From assembly GCF_001457595.1 (NCBI RefSeq), contig NZ_LN831039.1:4890001-4922000 (forward strand): a DNA stretch of 32,000 bases, in the 5' to 3' direction. Positions 1 to 8,827 of this stretch are shown here, in pieces. Source of the DNA: Mycolicibacterium smegmatis. Lineage in GTDB: Bacteria > Actinomycetota > Actinomycetes > Mycobacteriales > Mycobacteriaceae. The notes below the pieces were generated by a model. The model was not told where the DNA came from and made no database searches. It was given only the letters and a program-made list of their open reading frames with translations. Numbering within the stretch: position 1 is the stretch's first letter; each line of letters begins with the position of its first letter. Position numbers and translations under genes: made by a program.

Positions 1-1
1 C

Positions 2-253
2 GCGTGGACCACGCAGGGCTTCCCGCCCGGCGCCCCGTACGCGGGCCCCACGGGTAAGGACTTCGTGCCGTTCGGTGTCGGCCTGGTCGAACTCGCCGAC
101 GAGACCGGCCCCGTCATCCGCGTCGAGGGCCGGTTGACCGAAAACGACCCGGACAAGCTGGAATTCGGCCAGCAGGTCGAGCTCACGATGATTCCGTTCA
201 CCACCGACGACGAGGGCAACGAGGTCGTCACGTTCGCGTTCCAGCCGGTCTGA
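2..253 (+). CDS. C-terminal part of a DUF35 / OB-fold acyl-CoA-associated protein (starts before the window)
   Basis: Open frame from base 2 (..WTTQGFPPGAPYAGPTGKDFVPFGVGLVEL..GRLTENDPDKLEFGQQVELTMIPF..) to TGA at 251-253; DUF35-like sequence; directly precedes a thiolase. Confidence 0.8.
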   Translation, partial: AWTTQGFPPGAPYAGPTGKDFVPFGVGLVELADETGPVIRVEGRLTENDPDKLEFGQQVELTMIPFTTDDEGNEVVTFAFQPV

Positions 254-265
254 GGAGGTTCAGCA

Positions 266-1411
266 ATGACCAATGACGTCGCCATCATCGGCGTGGGACT
301 GCATCCGTTCGGCCGCTTCGACAAGCCCGCGGTGCAGATGGGCGCCGAGGCCATCCGCCTGGCCCTGAAGGACGCCGGGGTCGAGTGGAAGGACATCCAG
401 TTCGGGTTCGGCGGCAGTTACGAGGTGTCCAACCCGGACTCGGTGACCCGCCTGGTGGGCCTGACCGGCATCACGTTCACCAACGTGTTCAACGCGTGCG
501 CCACCTCGGCGAGCGCGATCCAGCAGACCGCAGACACGATCCGGCTGGGCAAGTACGACATCGGCGTGGCCGTCGGGCTGGACAAGCATCCGCGCGGCGC
601 GTTCACCGACGATCCGGCCAAGCTCGCACTGCCGCAGTGGTACGCGCAGAACGGGCAGTTCGTCACCACCAAGTTCTTCGGAATGAAGGCCAACAAGTAT
701 CTCCACGACCACAACATCAGCCAGGACACGCTGGCGCGCGTGGCCAACAAGAACTTCCGCAACGGCGCACTGAACCCGAATGCGTTCCGGCGCAAGGAGA
801 TCTCGGTCGAGGAAATCCTCGCCTCACCCACGCTGAACCACCCGCTGACGCAATACATGTTCTGCGCACCCGACGAGGGCGCGGCCGCGGTGATCATGTG
901 CCGGGCCGACATCGCGCACAAGTTCACCGACAAGCCGGTGTACGTGCGCGCCAGCGAGATCCGCACGCGGACCTTCGGCGCCTACGAGGTGCACGCGACC
1001 TCGGCGCCGCCCGAGTCCGACGCCGCGCCCACGGTGTACGCGGCCAGGGCGGCCTACGAGGCCGCGGGCATCGGCCCCGAGGACGTCGACATCGCGCAGT
1101 TGCAGGACACCGACGCCGGTGCCGAGGTGATCCACATGGCCGAGACCGGGCTGTGCGCCGACGGCGATCAGGAGAAGCTGATCGCCGAGGGCGCCACCGA
1201 GATCGATGGTTCGATCCCCGTCAACACCGACGGCGGCCTGATCGCCAACGGTGAGCCGATCGGGGCCTCGGGTCTGCGCCAGATGCATGAACTCGTACGC
1301 CAGTTGCGCGGCGAGGCCGGCGACCGCCAGGTGCCCGGCAACCCCCGTGTCGGGCTCGCGCAGGTCTACGGCGCACCCGGCACCGCATCCGCCACGATCC
1401 TTTCCCTCTGA
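266..1411 (+). CDS. SCP2-type thiolase / lipid-transfer protein (Ltp-like)
   Basis: 381 aa, RBS gaggaggt 6 nt upstream of ATG; MTNDVAIIGVGLHPFG.., FNACATSAS (Cys nucleophile region), ANGEPIGASGLRQ, QVYGAPGTASATIL. Confidence 0.9.
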   Translation: MTNDVAIIGVGLHPFGRFDKPAVQMGAEAIRLALKDAGVEWKDIQFGFGGSYEVSNPDSVTRLVGLTGITFTNVFNACATSASAIQQTADTIRLGKYDIGVAVGLDKHPRGAFTDDPAKLALPQWYAQNGQFVTTKFFGMKANKYLHDHNISQDTLARVANKNFRNGALNPNAFRRKEISVEEILASPTLNHPLTQYMFCAPDEGAAAVIMCRADIAHKFTDKPVYVRASEIRTRTFGAYEVHATSAPPESDAAPTVYAARAAYEAAGIGPEDVDIAQLQDTDAGAEVIHMAETGLCADGDQEKLIAEGATEIDGSIPVNTDGGLIANGEPIGASGLRQMHELVRQLRGEAGDRQVPGNPRVGLAQVYGAPGTASATILSL

Positions 1412-1418
1412 GGTGTTC

Positions 1419-1488
1419 TCCCCGCGAGCAGACGCAGAACTGCCTGTTTTCAGCGCTTTTCAGGCAGTTATATGTCTGCTCGCGAGGG
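1419..1488. terminator. Bidirectional intrinsic-terminator-like hairpin between convergent thiolase and TetR genes
   Basis: Arm 1419-1446 tccccgcgagcagacgcagaactgcctg pairs with 1461-1488 caggcagttatatgtctgctcgcgaggg (11-bp and 9-bp perfect blocks, 23/28 overall); 14-nt loop ttttcagcgctttt; located between stops at 1411 and 1494. Confidence 0.7.
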
Positions 1489-1493
1489 AAAGG

Positions 1494-2099
1494 TCAGCCC
1501 GCTGCTTCGATCGGCAGCGGTTCGCCTTCGATGCGTCGCAGCCAGCCTTCGCAGAACTCGAGCACCTCGGCGTGCCCGGCCGACATCCCGAGCGCCTGTT
1601 CCATCACCATCACGCGCGACACGCTGGTCGCCAGGAAGGTCCACACGATCGGGGGCACGTCGGCCGCGTTGACGCCGTAGCGGTCCAGCGCGGCTGTCAT
1701 CGCCTTGGTCTGCTCGTCACGGAATCGTTCGGCGTAGCGGCCGATCTCCGTGCGCAGGGCCTTGCGGTGATTGGCCACACCCATGATCTCCATCGTCAAC
1801 CGCGTCGCACTGGGGTCGATGCCGAAGCGCCACAACGCCCACAGCGGCTGCGGCGAGTCGAGCGCACGGGCCTGCGCCGCCAGGCCCTCCTCGGCGCGCC
1901 TGCGGAACACCGCGAGGAACAGATCGTCCATGGTGCGGAAGTAGTAGTGCACCAGTTGCGGCTTGAGGCCGGCCCGCTCCGCGACCCGGCGGGACGTGAC
2001 GGCCGCGTAGCCCTCGTCGATCATGAGCGCCTCGGCTGCGTCGAGCAGGACGATGCGATTCTTCGCGTCCGGCGCCCCGATCCTTCGCGCCGATGCCAT
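1494..2099 (-). CDS. TetR-family transcriptional regulator
   Basis: 201 aa; N-terminal HTH: RIVLLDAAEALMIDEGYAAVTSRRVAERAGLKPQLVHYYFRTMDDLFLAVFRR. Confidence 0.93.
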   Translation of the reverse strand: MASARRIGAPDAKNRIVLLDAAEALMIDEGYAAVTSRRVAERAGLKPQLVHYYFRTMDDLFLAVFRRRAEEGLAAQARALDSPQPLWALWRFGIDPSATRLTMEIMGVANHRKALRTEIGRYAERFRDEQTKAMTAALDRYGVNAADVPPIVWTFLATSVSRVMVMEQALGMSAGHAEVLEFCEGWLRRIEGEPLPIEAAG

Positions 2100-2202
2100 A
2101 CCCGCACCCCTTCCCGAAAACGCGCCACATCACGTCGCCCGCGACTCCCACCAAATCGTAACGTCGGCGCTCCGTGTGATCTTGACCACGACTCTACCGC
2201 CA

Positions 2203-2225
2203 TGCTAAGCAAGTGCTCAGCACTT
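2203..2225. promoter_or_regulatory. Putative TetR operator in TetR/P450 divergent region (two TGCTnAGCA palindromes)
   Basis: tgctaagca (2203-2211) and tgctcagca (2214-2222), starts 11 bp apart; the second lies in the perfect palindrome aagtgct-c-agcactt (2211-2225). Confidence 0.6.
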
Positions 2226-2292
2226 TGCGGATCATCCATTCCCTCTGCCGCGAAACCACTGCAGCGCACATCGATTTCGGAGGAAGCGCAAC

Positions 2293-3606
2293 ATGACCGA
2301 TTCCACGGCAACCGACCCTGCGGCCACGACACCGGATTTCGACACCGTCGACTACTTCACCGATCAGTCGCTGGTCCCCGACCCGCATCCCTACTTCGAT
2401 CACCTGCGCAGCAAGTGCCCCGTGGTCCGGGAGCCCCATTACGGCGTGCTCGCGATCACGAGTTTCGAAGAGGCCACGACCGTCCTCAAGGACACCGAGA
2501 CGTTCTCGTCGTGCATCGCGGTCGGAGGTCCGTTCCCGCCGCTGCCGTTCACGCCAGAAGGTGACGACATCACCGGGCAGATCGAGCAGCACCGCACGCA
2601 ACTGCCGATGTTCGAGCACATGGTCACCATGGATCCGCCCGAGCACACCAACGCACGGTCCCTGCTGAACCGGCTACTGACGCCCAAGCGCCTCAAGGAG
2701 AACGAGGACTTCATGTGGCGCCTGGCCGACGAGTGCCTCGACGACTTCATCGACGACGGCAGCTGCGAGTTCCTCAAGCAGTACGCAAAGCCGTTCTCGC
2801 TGTTGGTGATCGCCGACCTGCTCGGTGTCCCCGAGGAGGACCATGACGAGTTCCGGCACGTGCTGGGCGCTCCGCGGCCCGGCGCGATCGTGGGCTCCCT
2901 CGACGGTGACCAACTCGCGATGAACCCACTGGCCTGGCTGGACGACAAATTCGTCCGCTACCTCGAGGACCGTCGCAAGGAACCACGTGACGACGTGCTC
3001 ACCGCGCTCGCCACCGCGAAGTACCCGGACGGTTCGACGCCCGAGGTCATCGACGTCGTGCGCTCGGCGACGTTCCTCTTCGCGGCGGGCCAGGAGACCA
3101 CCACCAAGCTCCTGTCGGCGTCCCTGCGGGTGCTGGGCGACCGGCCCGACATCCAGCAGGCACTGCGCGAAGACCGCAGCCGCATCCCGACCTTCGTCGA
3201 GGAGGCCCTGCGGATGGACGCCCCGGTGAAAAGCCAGTTCCGCCTTGCCAAGAAAACCACCCAACTCGGCGGAGTGGACGTGCCTGCAGGCACCACCCTC
3301 ATGGTGTGCCCAGGAGCGGTGAACCGGGATCCGGTCCGCTTCGAGGATCCGCACACCTTCAGCCTCGACCGCAAGAACGTCCGCGAGCACATCGCGTTCG
3401 GCCGCGGCGTGCACAGCTGCCCGGGCGGCCCGCTGGCGCGCGTCGAGGGCCGGGTGTCCCTGGAGCGCATCCTCGACCGCATGGCCGACATCAGGATCGA
3501 CGAGGAGCATCACGGTCCGGCCGACAACCGGCGCTACACCTACGAGCCGACGTACATCCTGCGCGGCCTGACCGACCTTCACATCAAGTTCGAACCGGTG
3601 CGCTGA
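2293..3606 (+). CDS. Cytochrome P450
   Basis: 437 aa; I-helix AAGQETTT, ExxR (EEALR), heme-binding FGRGVHSCPGGPLAR. Confidence 0.95.
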   Translation: MTDSTATDPAATTPDFDTVDYFTDQSLVPDPHPYFDHLRSKCPVVREPHYGVLAITSFEEATTVLKDTETFSSCIAVGGPFPPLPFTPEGDDITGQIEQHRTQLPMFEHMVTMDPPEHTNARSLLNRLLTPKRLKENEDFMWRLADECLDDFIDDGSCEFLKQYAKPFSLLVIADLLGVPEEDHDEFRHVLGAPRPGAIVGSLDGDQLAMNPLAWLDDKFVRYLEDRRKEPRDDVLTALATAKYPDGSTPEVIDVVRSATFLFAAGQETTTKLLSASLRVLGDRPDIQQALREDRSRIPTFVEEALRMDAPVKSQFRLAKKTTQLGGVDVPAGTTLMVCPGAVNRDPVRFEDPHTFSLDRKNVREHIAFGRGVHSCPGGPLARVEGRVSLERILDRMADIRIDEEHHGPADNRRYTYEPTYILRGLTDLHIKFEPVR

Positions 3607-3694
3607 GGACGGACGAGATTGCGGATTCGCCACGGCGGAGCCCGATCTCGTTCTATAGTCAGCCGTGCAGTGCCGCGAGCCGTGGAGGTGCTTC

Positions 3695-4171
3695 GTGAAA
3701 TCGCCCGTGATGTGCGCCGTGGTCAGTGCAGCAAGCGCCGTGCTCGGCGTCGCGGCAACGTGTTTCGCGCCGCCGGCGTCGGCGATGTATCTGGGCAACT
3801 ACAACCTGCACATGCCCGATCGCCGCGACTTCCACACGTATGTCTTCTCGATGATGGCACCGTGTCGGGATGCCGACGACAAGAGTCGCACCGACTGCGT
3901 ACAGGTTCAGGCGATTCCGCAGCCCATTGCCAAGGCGGCCAACACCTACACCGAGGCAGTCGTCGTCGACGGTCGTTACACCATGGTCATCGACGATCCG
4001 TTCGGCCTGCGGTGCGGTGACATCTACTACGGCCCCACGATTCCCACCCACGACGTGTACACCTGGGACGCAACGACACTCGCCGGCCAGATGGTGTCCA
4101 CATTCGATGTGGGGTGCGATGGCGCCCCCGGCGGTTCGTTCACCTATCCGTTCTTCCTGACGAGGATGTGA
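3695..4171 (+). CDS. Small secreted hypothetical protein
   Basis: GTG start preceded by ggaggtg (3684-3690); signal-peptide-like MKSPVMCAVVSAASAVLGVAATCFAPPASA then MYLGNYNLHMPDRRDF... The ORF track extends to 3665. Confidence 0.7.
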   Translation: MKSPVMCAVVSAASAVLGVAATCFAPPASAMYLGNYNLHMPDRRDFHTYVFSMMAPCRDADDKSRTDCVQVQAIPQPIAKAANTYTEAVVVDGRYTMVIDDPFGLRCGDIYYGPTIPTHDVYTWDATTLAGQMVSTFDVGCDGAPGGSFTYPFFLTRM

Positions 4172-4174
4172 TCG

Positions 4175-4594
4175 ATGCGGTCGACACTGGCATTCGCCAC
4201 CACACTGGGACTGCTGGGAGGTGCGCTGGTGGCCGCGGCACCAGCCGCGGCCGACGATCCGGTGCTGCACCACGTGCGCTACACCGTGACGGCGGACGCG
4301 CCGTTCTGGGCGCACATCTACTACCGCGACACGCAGCCGGCGATCTTCTCCGACTACAGCCACAATCCGTACGTCTTCAGCCCGCGCGCCGAGGCAGATG
4401 TCGCGCCCGACAAGCCGTGGGTGCACGAGACGATGCTCGCCGACCCCAACCTGTGGGCCATGGTGGTGGTGCAGAGCGGTGAGGCCCCGAATCTCGAACC
4501 GCCGGGCTTCAACTGCGAACTCGCGGTCGACGGCGTCGTGGTGAAGACCGACAGCGGGCCCAAAGGCGCGCTGTGCTCCATCCGGGCCTGGTGA
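4175..4594 (+). CDS. Small secreted hypothetical protein
   Basis: 139 aa; signal peptide MRSTLAFATTLGLLGGALVAAAPAAADD; follows the previous gene by 3 nt. Confidence 0.75.
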   Translation: MRSTLAFATTLGLLGGALVAAAPAAADDPVLHHVRYTVTADAPFWAHIYYRDTQPAIFSDYSHNPYVFSPRAEADVAPDKPWVHETMLADPNLWAMVVVQSGEAPNLEPPGFNCELAVDGVVVKTDSGPKGALCSIRAW

Positions 4595-4613
4595 GGCCCA
4601 CCCGCCTGAGCGG

Positions 4614-5018
4614 TTACGCGTCCCCGCGCCGCCAGAGCGTCTCGCCGTTCATCGGCACACACGTCAAAAACAACCCGTCGGGCGCCTGGGCGACCATGTT
4701 CAACTCCCCCAGGCACGAACTGTTCTCGTCACGGATGCCGGCCATCGGCGGCGACCGGAACCACCTGGGCTCGTACCGGCGGGGCGAACCGCAGAACACC
4801 AGACGACCCCAATTGTTGCGGGCGTCAACGCCGAACACGTAGTACGTGGTGTTGCTGCACGGCGCCCCCAGCACGGCATGCGGATTGATGCCAGGTACGC
4901 AGAACGCGTCGTTACAGGTCTGCGGGCCCGCAGCGGCCGGTGGTGCTGTCAACAGACCGGCCAGAACCGTTGCCGCGGCCGCGATCACCGTCACTCGCAC
5001 CCTGCCAGAGTGCCACAT
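4614..5018 (-). CDS. Small secreted Cys-containing hypothetical protein
   Basis: From MWHSGRVRVTVIAAAATVLAGLLTAPPAAAG (signal peptide), then TCNDAFCVPGINPHAVLGAPC...; the upstream in-frame start at 5081 is less likely. Confidence 0.65.
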   Translation of the reverse strand: MWHSGRVRVTVIAAAATVLAGLLTAPPAAAGPQTCNDAFCVPGINPHAVLGAPCSNTTYYVFGVDARNNWGRLVFCGSPRRYEPRWFRSPPMAGIRDENSSCLGELNMVAQAPDGLFLTCVPMNGETLWRRGDA

Positions 5019-5177
5019 CGGAAAACGAAATTCTTCCTTTCGGAGAAGATTGCCCGGAGGCCGTTCGATCGCATCCGGCAAATCCGCACGATGGCCGTGA
5101 CCGGCCTGTGCGGCACTGTTATCCTCCTAGTCGAGAATGCCGGTACCGATCGTTTTCGATCCCTTGAGGAGCGGCTC

Positions 5178-5687
5178 ATGTCGACCACCAAAATGATTGC
5201 GGGCGCGGCGATCTTGGCCTCGGCGACCGCGCTGGGCCTCTTGGGCGCACCGACCGCGTCGGCCGGCGAGGGCTGGGGTATCAACGGCACGTTCGCCATG
5301 TCGTCCAACGGCGAGTGGGCGAAGATCAACGAGCGCTACCAGAAGCAGCCGTCGACCCGCGGCACGTGGACCGTCAGCACGCAGTGCGTGTCACCGACCG
5401 AGTGCACGGGCACGGTGACAAGCGATCAGGGCTGGTCGGCGCCGATCTACACCAACAGCGGCCTGTGGTACGTCAAAAGGGTTCTGCCGCAATGGCGGTA
5501 CTGCGCCGACGGAACCCCCATCGAGGGTCTACAGATCTACAAGTTCTACCCGGTCGGAGAAAACGCGCAAGTCGACGTCAATTCCGACGAATATGCCGGC
5601 GAGGACACCACGACAGGTCCCAGTGGATCCTGCGGCCGCAATCAGTGGCCCGCGATCCGGATGCCGTTCTACATGAAGAAGATCTGA
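5178..5687 (+). CDS. Small secreted hypothetical protein
   Basis: RBS cttgaggag upstream; MSTTKMIAGAAILASATALGLLGAPTASAGEGWGINGTFAMSS.. 169 aa with Cys residues. Confidence 0.7.
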   Translation: MSTTKMIAGAAILASATALGLLGAPTASAGEGWGINGTFAMSSNGEWAKINERYQKQPSTRGTWTVSTQCVSPTECTGTVTSDQGWSAPIYTNSGLWYVKRVLPQWRYCADGTPIEGLQIYKFYPVGENAQVDVNSDEYAGEDTTTGPSGSCGRNQWPAIRMPFYMKKI

Positions 5688-5697
5688 CCAACCGCCC

Positions 5698-7428
5698 TCA
5701 GCTCGGCATCAGATCCTGCCACGACTTGGCGTTACCCACCAGGTTGGCCTGGCGGTAGAGCTTGCCGTCGGCGCCCATGTACTCGCCGTTGCGCGGGTTG
5801 TACTTGGCCACCGTCACCGCGGGCCCGGACGATTTCCCACCGTCGAACGCACTCGGCGCGGCCACGGGTGCACCTGGATCCGTCGCCGGCGGCGGAGCTG
5901 TGAGACCGTGCGGCACAGGCACTTCGGTGGCCTGCGGCAGTTGCGCGGGAGGCAGCGGCACGATCTCTGGGTTGCGGATCGGCGCCGGCGGCTGCCCCGG
6001 CACCGGCGGATCGACGTAGATCGGCTGCCCCGGCAGCATCGGACCAGGGTTGGTGCCCGCGAAATTCGGTGGTGGCTGCGGCGCAGGAGGCGGACCCTGC
6101 GGAGGCGCCGTCACGCCAGGCGGCAGCGGGCTGCCCTGCAGCGGACCGAAGATCTTGTCGTCGGGCCGCACACGCGAATCCGGTGCGACACCTTGAGCTA
6201 TGAGGTTGGGGTCGAACGGGTACGGGCCGAGCGTGTGCTGGCGTTGCGCCAGCGGCTGGTAGCCGTTGGGGTCGTTGCACAGCTCGACCGTGGGCGCGCG
6301 CTTACCGGGATGAGCCATGCACGGATAGTTGCGCGCACCACGTACCGCCACCGGCGAATCCTGCGGCAGCTTGCAGTAGAGGTTGTCGGGGGTGTCCATA
6401 TCGCTCTCGTCGGCCGGTGAACGCCATGCCGATGGAGGCAGGAAGCCCACGGTGCACGACGACGGGTCACCGAGGCCCAGCGAGAACTCACCGTTGGGAA
6501 GGCCGGCCGGGCTGTTGGTCGGCGTGTACGTCTGGATCTGGGCGACATACGGCGGCAACAGGACCAGCAACTGTTCGATCGAGGGGTTGTAGGTCACCGC
6601 GATCTGCCCGATGGTGGTCAGGTTGGCCAGCAGCACCGGCAGTGTCGGTTTGATCCCATCGAGCAGGCGGGAGGTCTCCTGCGCGAAACCAGGCCCCTCG
6701 CGCAGAACTGTGCGGATCTGTGCGTCGTCGTCGGACACCGTCCCGGTGATGCCGGCGAGGCTGCGCGCCCAGGTGCGGATCGAATCCGCGGTCTGGGCCT
6801 GCGCGTCGAGGAACGGTCCGGAGTCGTCGATCAGCGCACGGGTCTGGTCGGACACCGCACTGGCATCCGTGGTGATGGTGGACGCCGAATCCAGCAGCGA
6901 ACCGAAGTCGAACCCCGTGCCGTTGAACGCGTCGTAGGACTCGTCGAGCAACTGGCTCAACTTGTCCTTGGGGATGGTGTCCACCAGCGCGCTGAGCTGA
7001 TCGAGCATCGGGCCGACCGCTTGCGGAATGGTGGTCTCGGACGCCGGGATCACCGATCCGTTCTCCAGATACGGCCCGGAGTCCTTGCGCGGCAACAGTT
7101 CCACGTACTGCTCGCCCACTGCCGACATGCTGCGCACCTGCGCCTGCAGATCCGCGGGCACCTTGGGTGAGCGGTCCAGCGACAGCGTGGCCTCGGCGCC
7201 GGTCTCGGTGAGCTCGACCGCAGTCACCTTGCCGATCTGCGACCCGCGATAAGTGACGTTGCTGAACTGGTAGAGACCACCGGTTGCCGGCAGTTGCAGC
7301 GTCACCGTGATGCGTCCGAGCCCCAGCAGGGTCGGCACCTGCATGTAGGCGAACAACATCACCGCCACACCCACGATCGAGGCGATCGTGAAGATGATCA
7401 GCTGGGTGCGTATGAAACGGGTGAGCAT
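5698..7428 (-). CDS. mceF: MCE-family protein, MceF position
   Basis: From MLTRFIRTQLIIFTIASIVGVAVMLFAYMQVPTLLGLGRITVTLQLPATGGLYQFSNVTYRGSQIGKVTAVELT (MCE domain); Pro-rich C-terminus; ATG overlaps the TAA of the upstream gene. Confidence 0.93.
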   Translation of the reverse strand: MLTRFIRTQLIIFTIASIVGVAVMLFAYMQVPTLLGLGRITVTLQLPATGGLYQFSNVTYRGSQIGKVTAVELTETGAEATLSLDRSPKVPADLQAQVRSMSAVGEQYVELLPRKDSGPYLENGSVIPASETTIPQAVGPMLDQLSALVDTIPKDKLSQLLDESYDAFNGTGFDFGSLLDSASTITTDASAVSDQTRALIDDSGPFLDAQAQTADSIRTWARSLAGITGTVSDDDAQIRTVLREGPGFAQETSRLLDGIKPTLPVLLANLTTIGQIAVTYNPSIEQLLVLLPPYVAQIQTYTPTNSPAGLPNGEFSLGLGDPSSCTVGFLPPSAWRSPADESDMDTPDNLYCKLPQDSPVAVRGARNYPCMAHPGKRAPTVELCNDPNGYQPLAQRQHTLGPYPFDPNLIAQGVAPDSRVRPDDKIFGPLQGSPLPPGVTAPPQGPPPAPQPPPNFAGTNPGPMLPGQPIYVDPPVPGQPPAPIRNPEIVPLPPAQLPQATEVPVPHGLTAPPPATDPGAPVAAPSAFDGGKSSGPAVTVAKYNPRNGEYMGADGKLYRQANLVGNAKSWQDLMPS

Positions 7429-8827
7429 TACCCGCCACCCCCTGTCGTGGGCTGGGCCGGTGCCGGCGCTTCCGTCGGTGGATTCGGTTGGTCGCCATAC
7501 GGTCCCGCGAAGATCTGCGTGGGATCTCCGGGTGTCGTCACCGGCGCGGGCACTCCTGGCAGCGTCATCGGCGCAGGCGGAGCCACCGGCAGCACCGGGC
7601 CGGCGTAGGCGGGCGGGGGCCCCGGCGGCGCTTCCGGCAACGGGAGCGTGGTCTGGTCGACCGGCGCCGCGGGTACCGGTGGGTCCGCGAAAGGCGGCGG
7701 GAAAGAGGCGGGCCCGGGCGTCTCGACCCCGGCCTTGAGCGGGTCGTACGTGTAGTTGAGGTAGTACGGATCGCCGGGCGCCGGAACCAGTTGCGCACCT
7801 TCCTGTTCCCATCGCGTACCGAGCATCAGGCTGCGCTTGAGCCGCGGGATGGTCAGGTCGATGGTCGCGAACAGGTTCCAGTAGTCACCACGGATCGCGC
7901 GGTCGATGAAGCTCTGCGTGAACGGGAAGTGCCCGGCGTATTCGAGCACACCCGCCAGGTCGGGCCCGACGTCGGCGAGCGCCTTGATCGCGGGCTCCAG
8001 GTTGCGCAGGTTACGCACCAGGTCGTCCTGCGATTCGTTGACCAACTGATGCGCGGTACTGCCGAACGTTCCCAGCTTCTGCAGTGCCGTGGTGAACCGT
8101 GGCCGCTCCTGGATCAACACGTCCATGGCAGGCGGAATCTTGTTGAGGGCCCGGGTGATCTCTTCACTCTGGCCGGCGAACGTCGAGGCCAGCCGGTTCA
8201 GCGAGTCGATCGACGACACGATGTTGTCGCGCTGGGCGTCGAGCGTGCCCACGAAATTGTCGAGACGTGTGAGCAGGTCGCGGAAGTCCGCCTCCCGCCC
8301 GTCGAGGGCAACGCTGAAGTTGTGGATCACCTCGCCGATCTGTCCGAGGCCGCCGCCGTTGACCACGGCCGCCAACGACGAGAGCGTCTGCTCGGTGGTC
8401 GGATACGTCGACGCGCTGTTCAGCGGGATCGTTCCACCCGGTGTCAGACGCCCCTGCGGCTCCTGGCCGAGCGGCGGGTTGAGCGCCAGGTGCATCGAGC
8501 CCAGCAGGCTGGTCTGTCCGATGGTCGCGACTGCGTTGGCAGGCACCACCACGCCCGGTTCCACCGAGAACTCGACGTCGGCGTGCCAGTCGCGCACGGC
8601 CAGCCTGCGCACGCTGCCGACGACGACGTCGTTCATCATCACCGGTGAATTCGGTTCGAGCGTTGCCACATTGGCGATTTCGACGTGGTACACGACCGAA
8701 TCGGCCCGCGTCCCTCCGCGCCAGGCAGGGGCAGCGAGTTGACACCCTGGAAGGCGCACCCGCTCGCGGTCAGCGCGACACATGTACCGGCCGCGACGGC
8801 GAGCCGTATCCGCTTTCGGATCCTCAT
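7428..8827 (-). pseudogene. mceE: MCE-family lipoprotein, MceE position, interrupted by a 1-nt frameshift near 8702
   Basis: Start frame MRIRKRIRLAVAAGTCVALTASGCAFQGVNSLPLPGAEGRGP (lipobox LTASGC), then the MCE domain continues in another frame from DSVVYHVEIANVATLEPNSPVMMNDVVVGSV. Span 1400 nt = 1 nt short of a codon multiple. Could be a real mutation or a sequencing error. Confidence 0.8.

Noticed and set aside
1251-2564. 437-aa plus-strand ORF spanning the terminator, TetR and promoter region
   Set aside because: Overlaps three well-supported elements and has no domain-like sequence.
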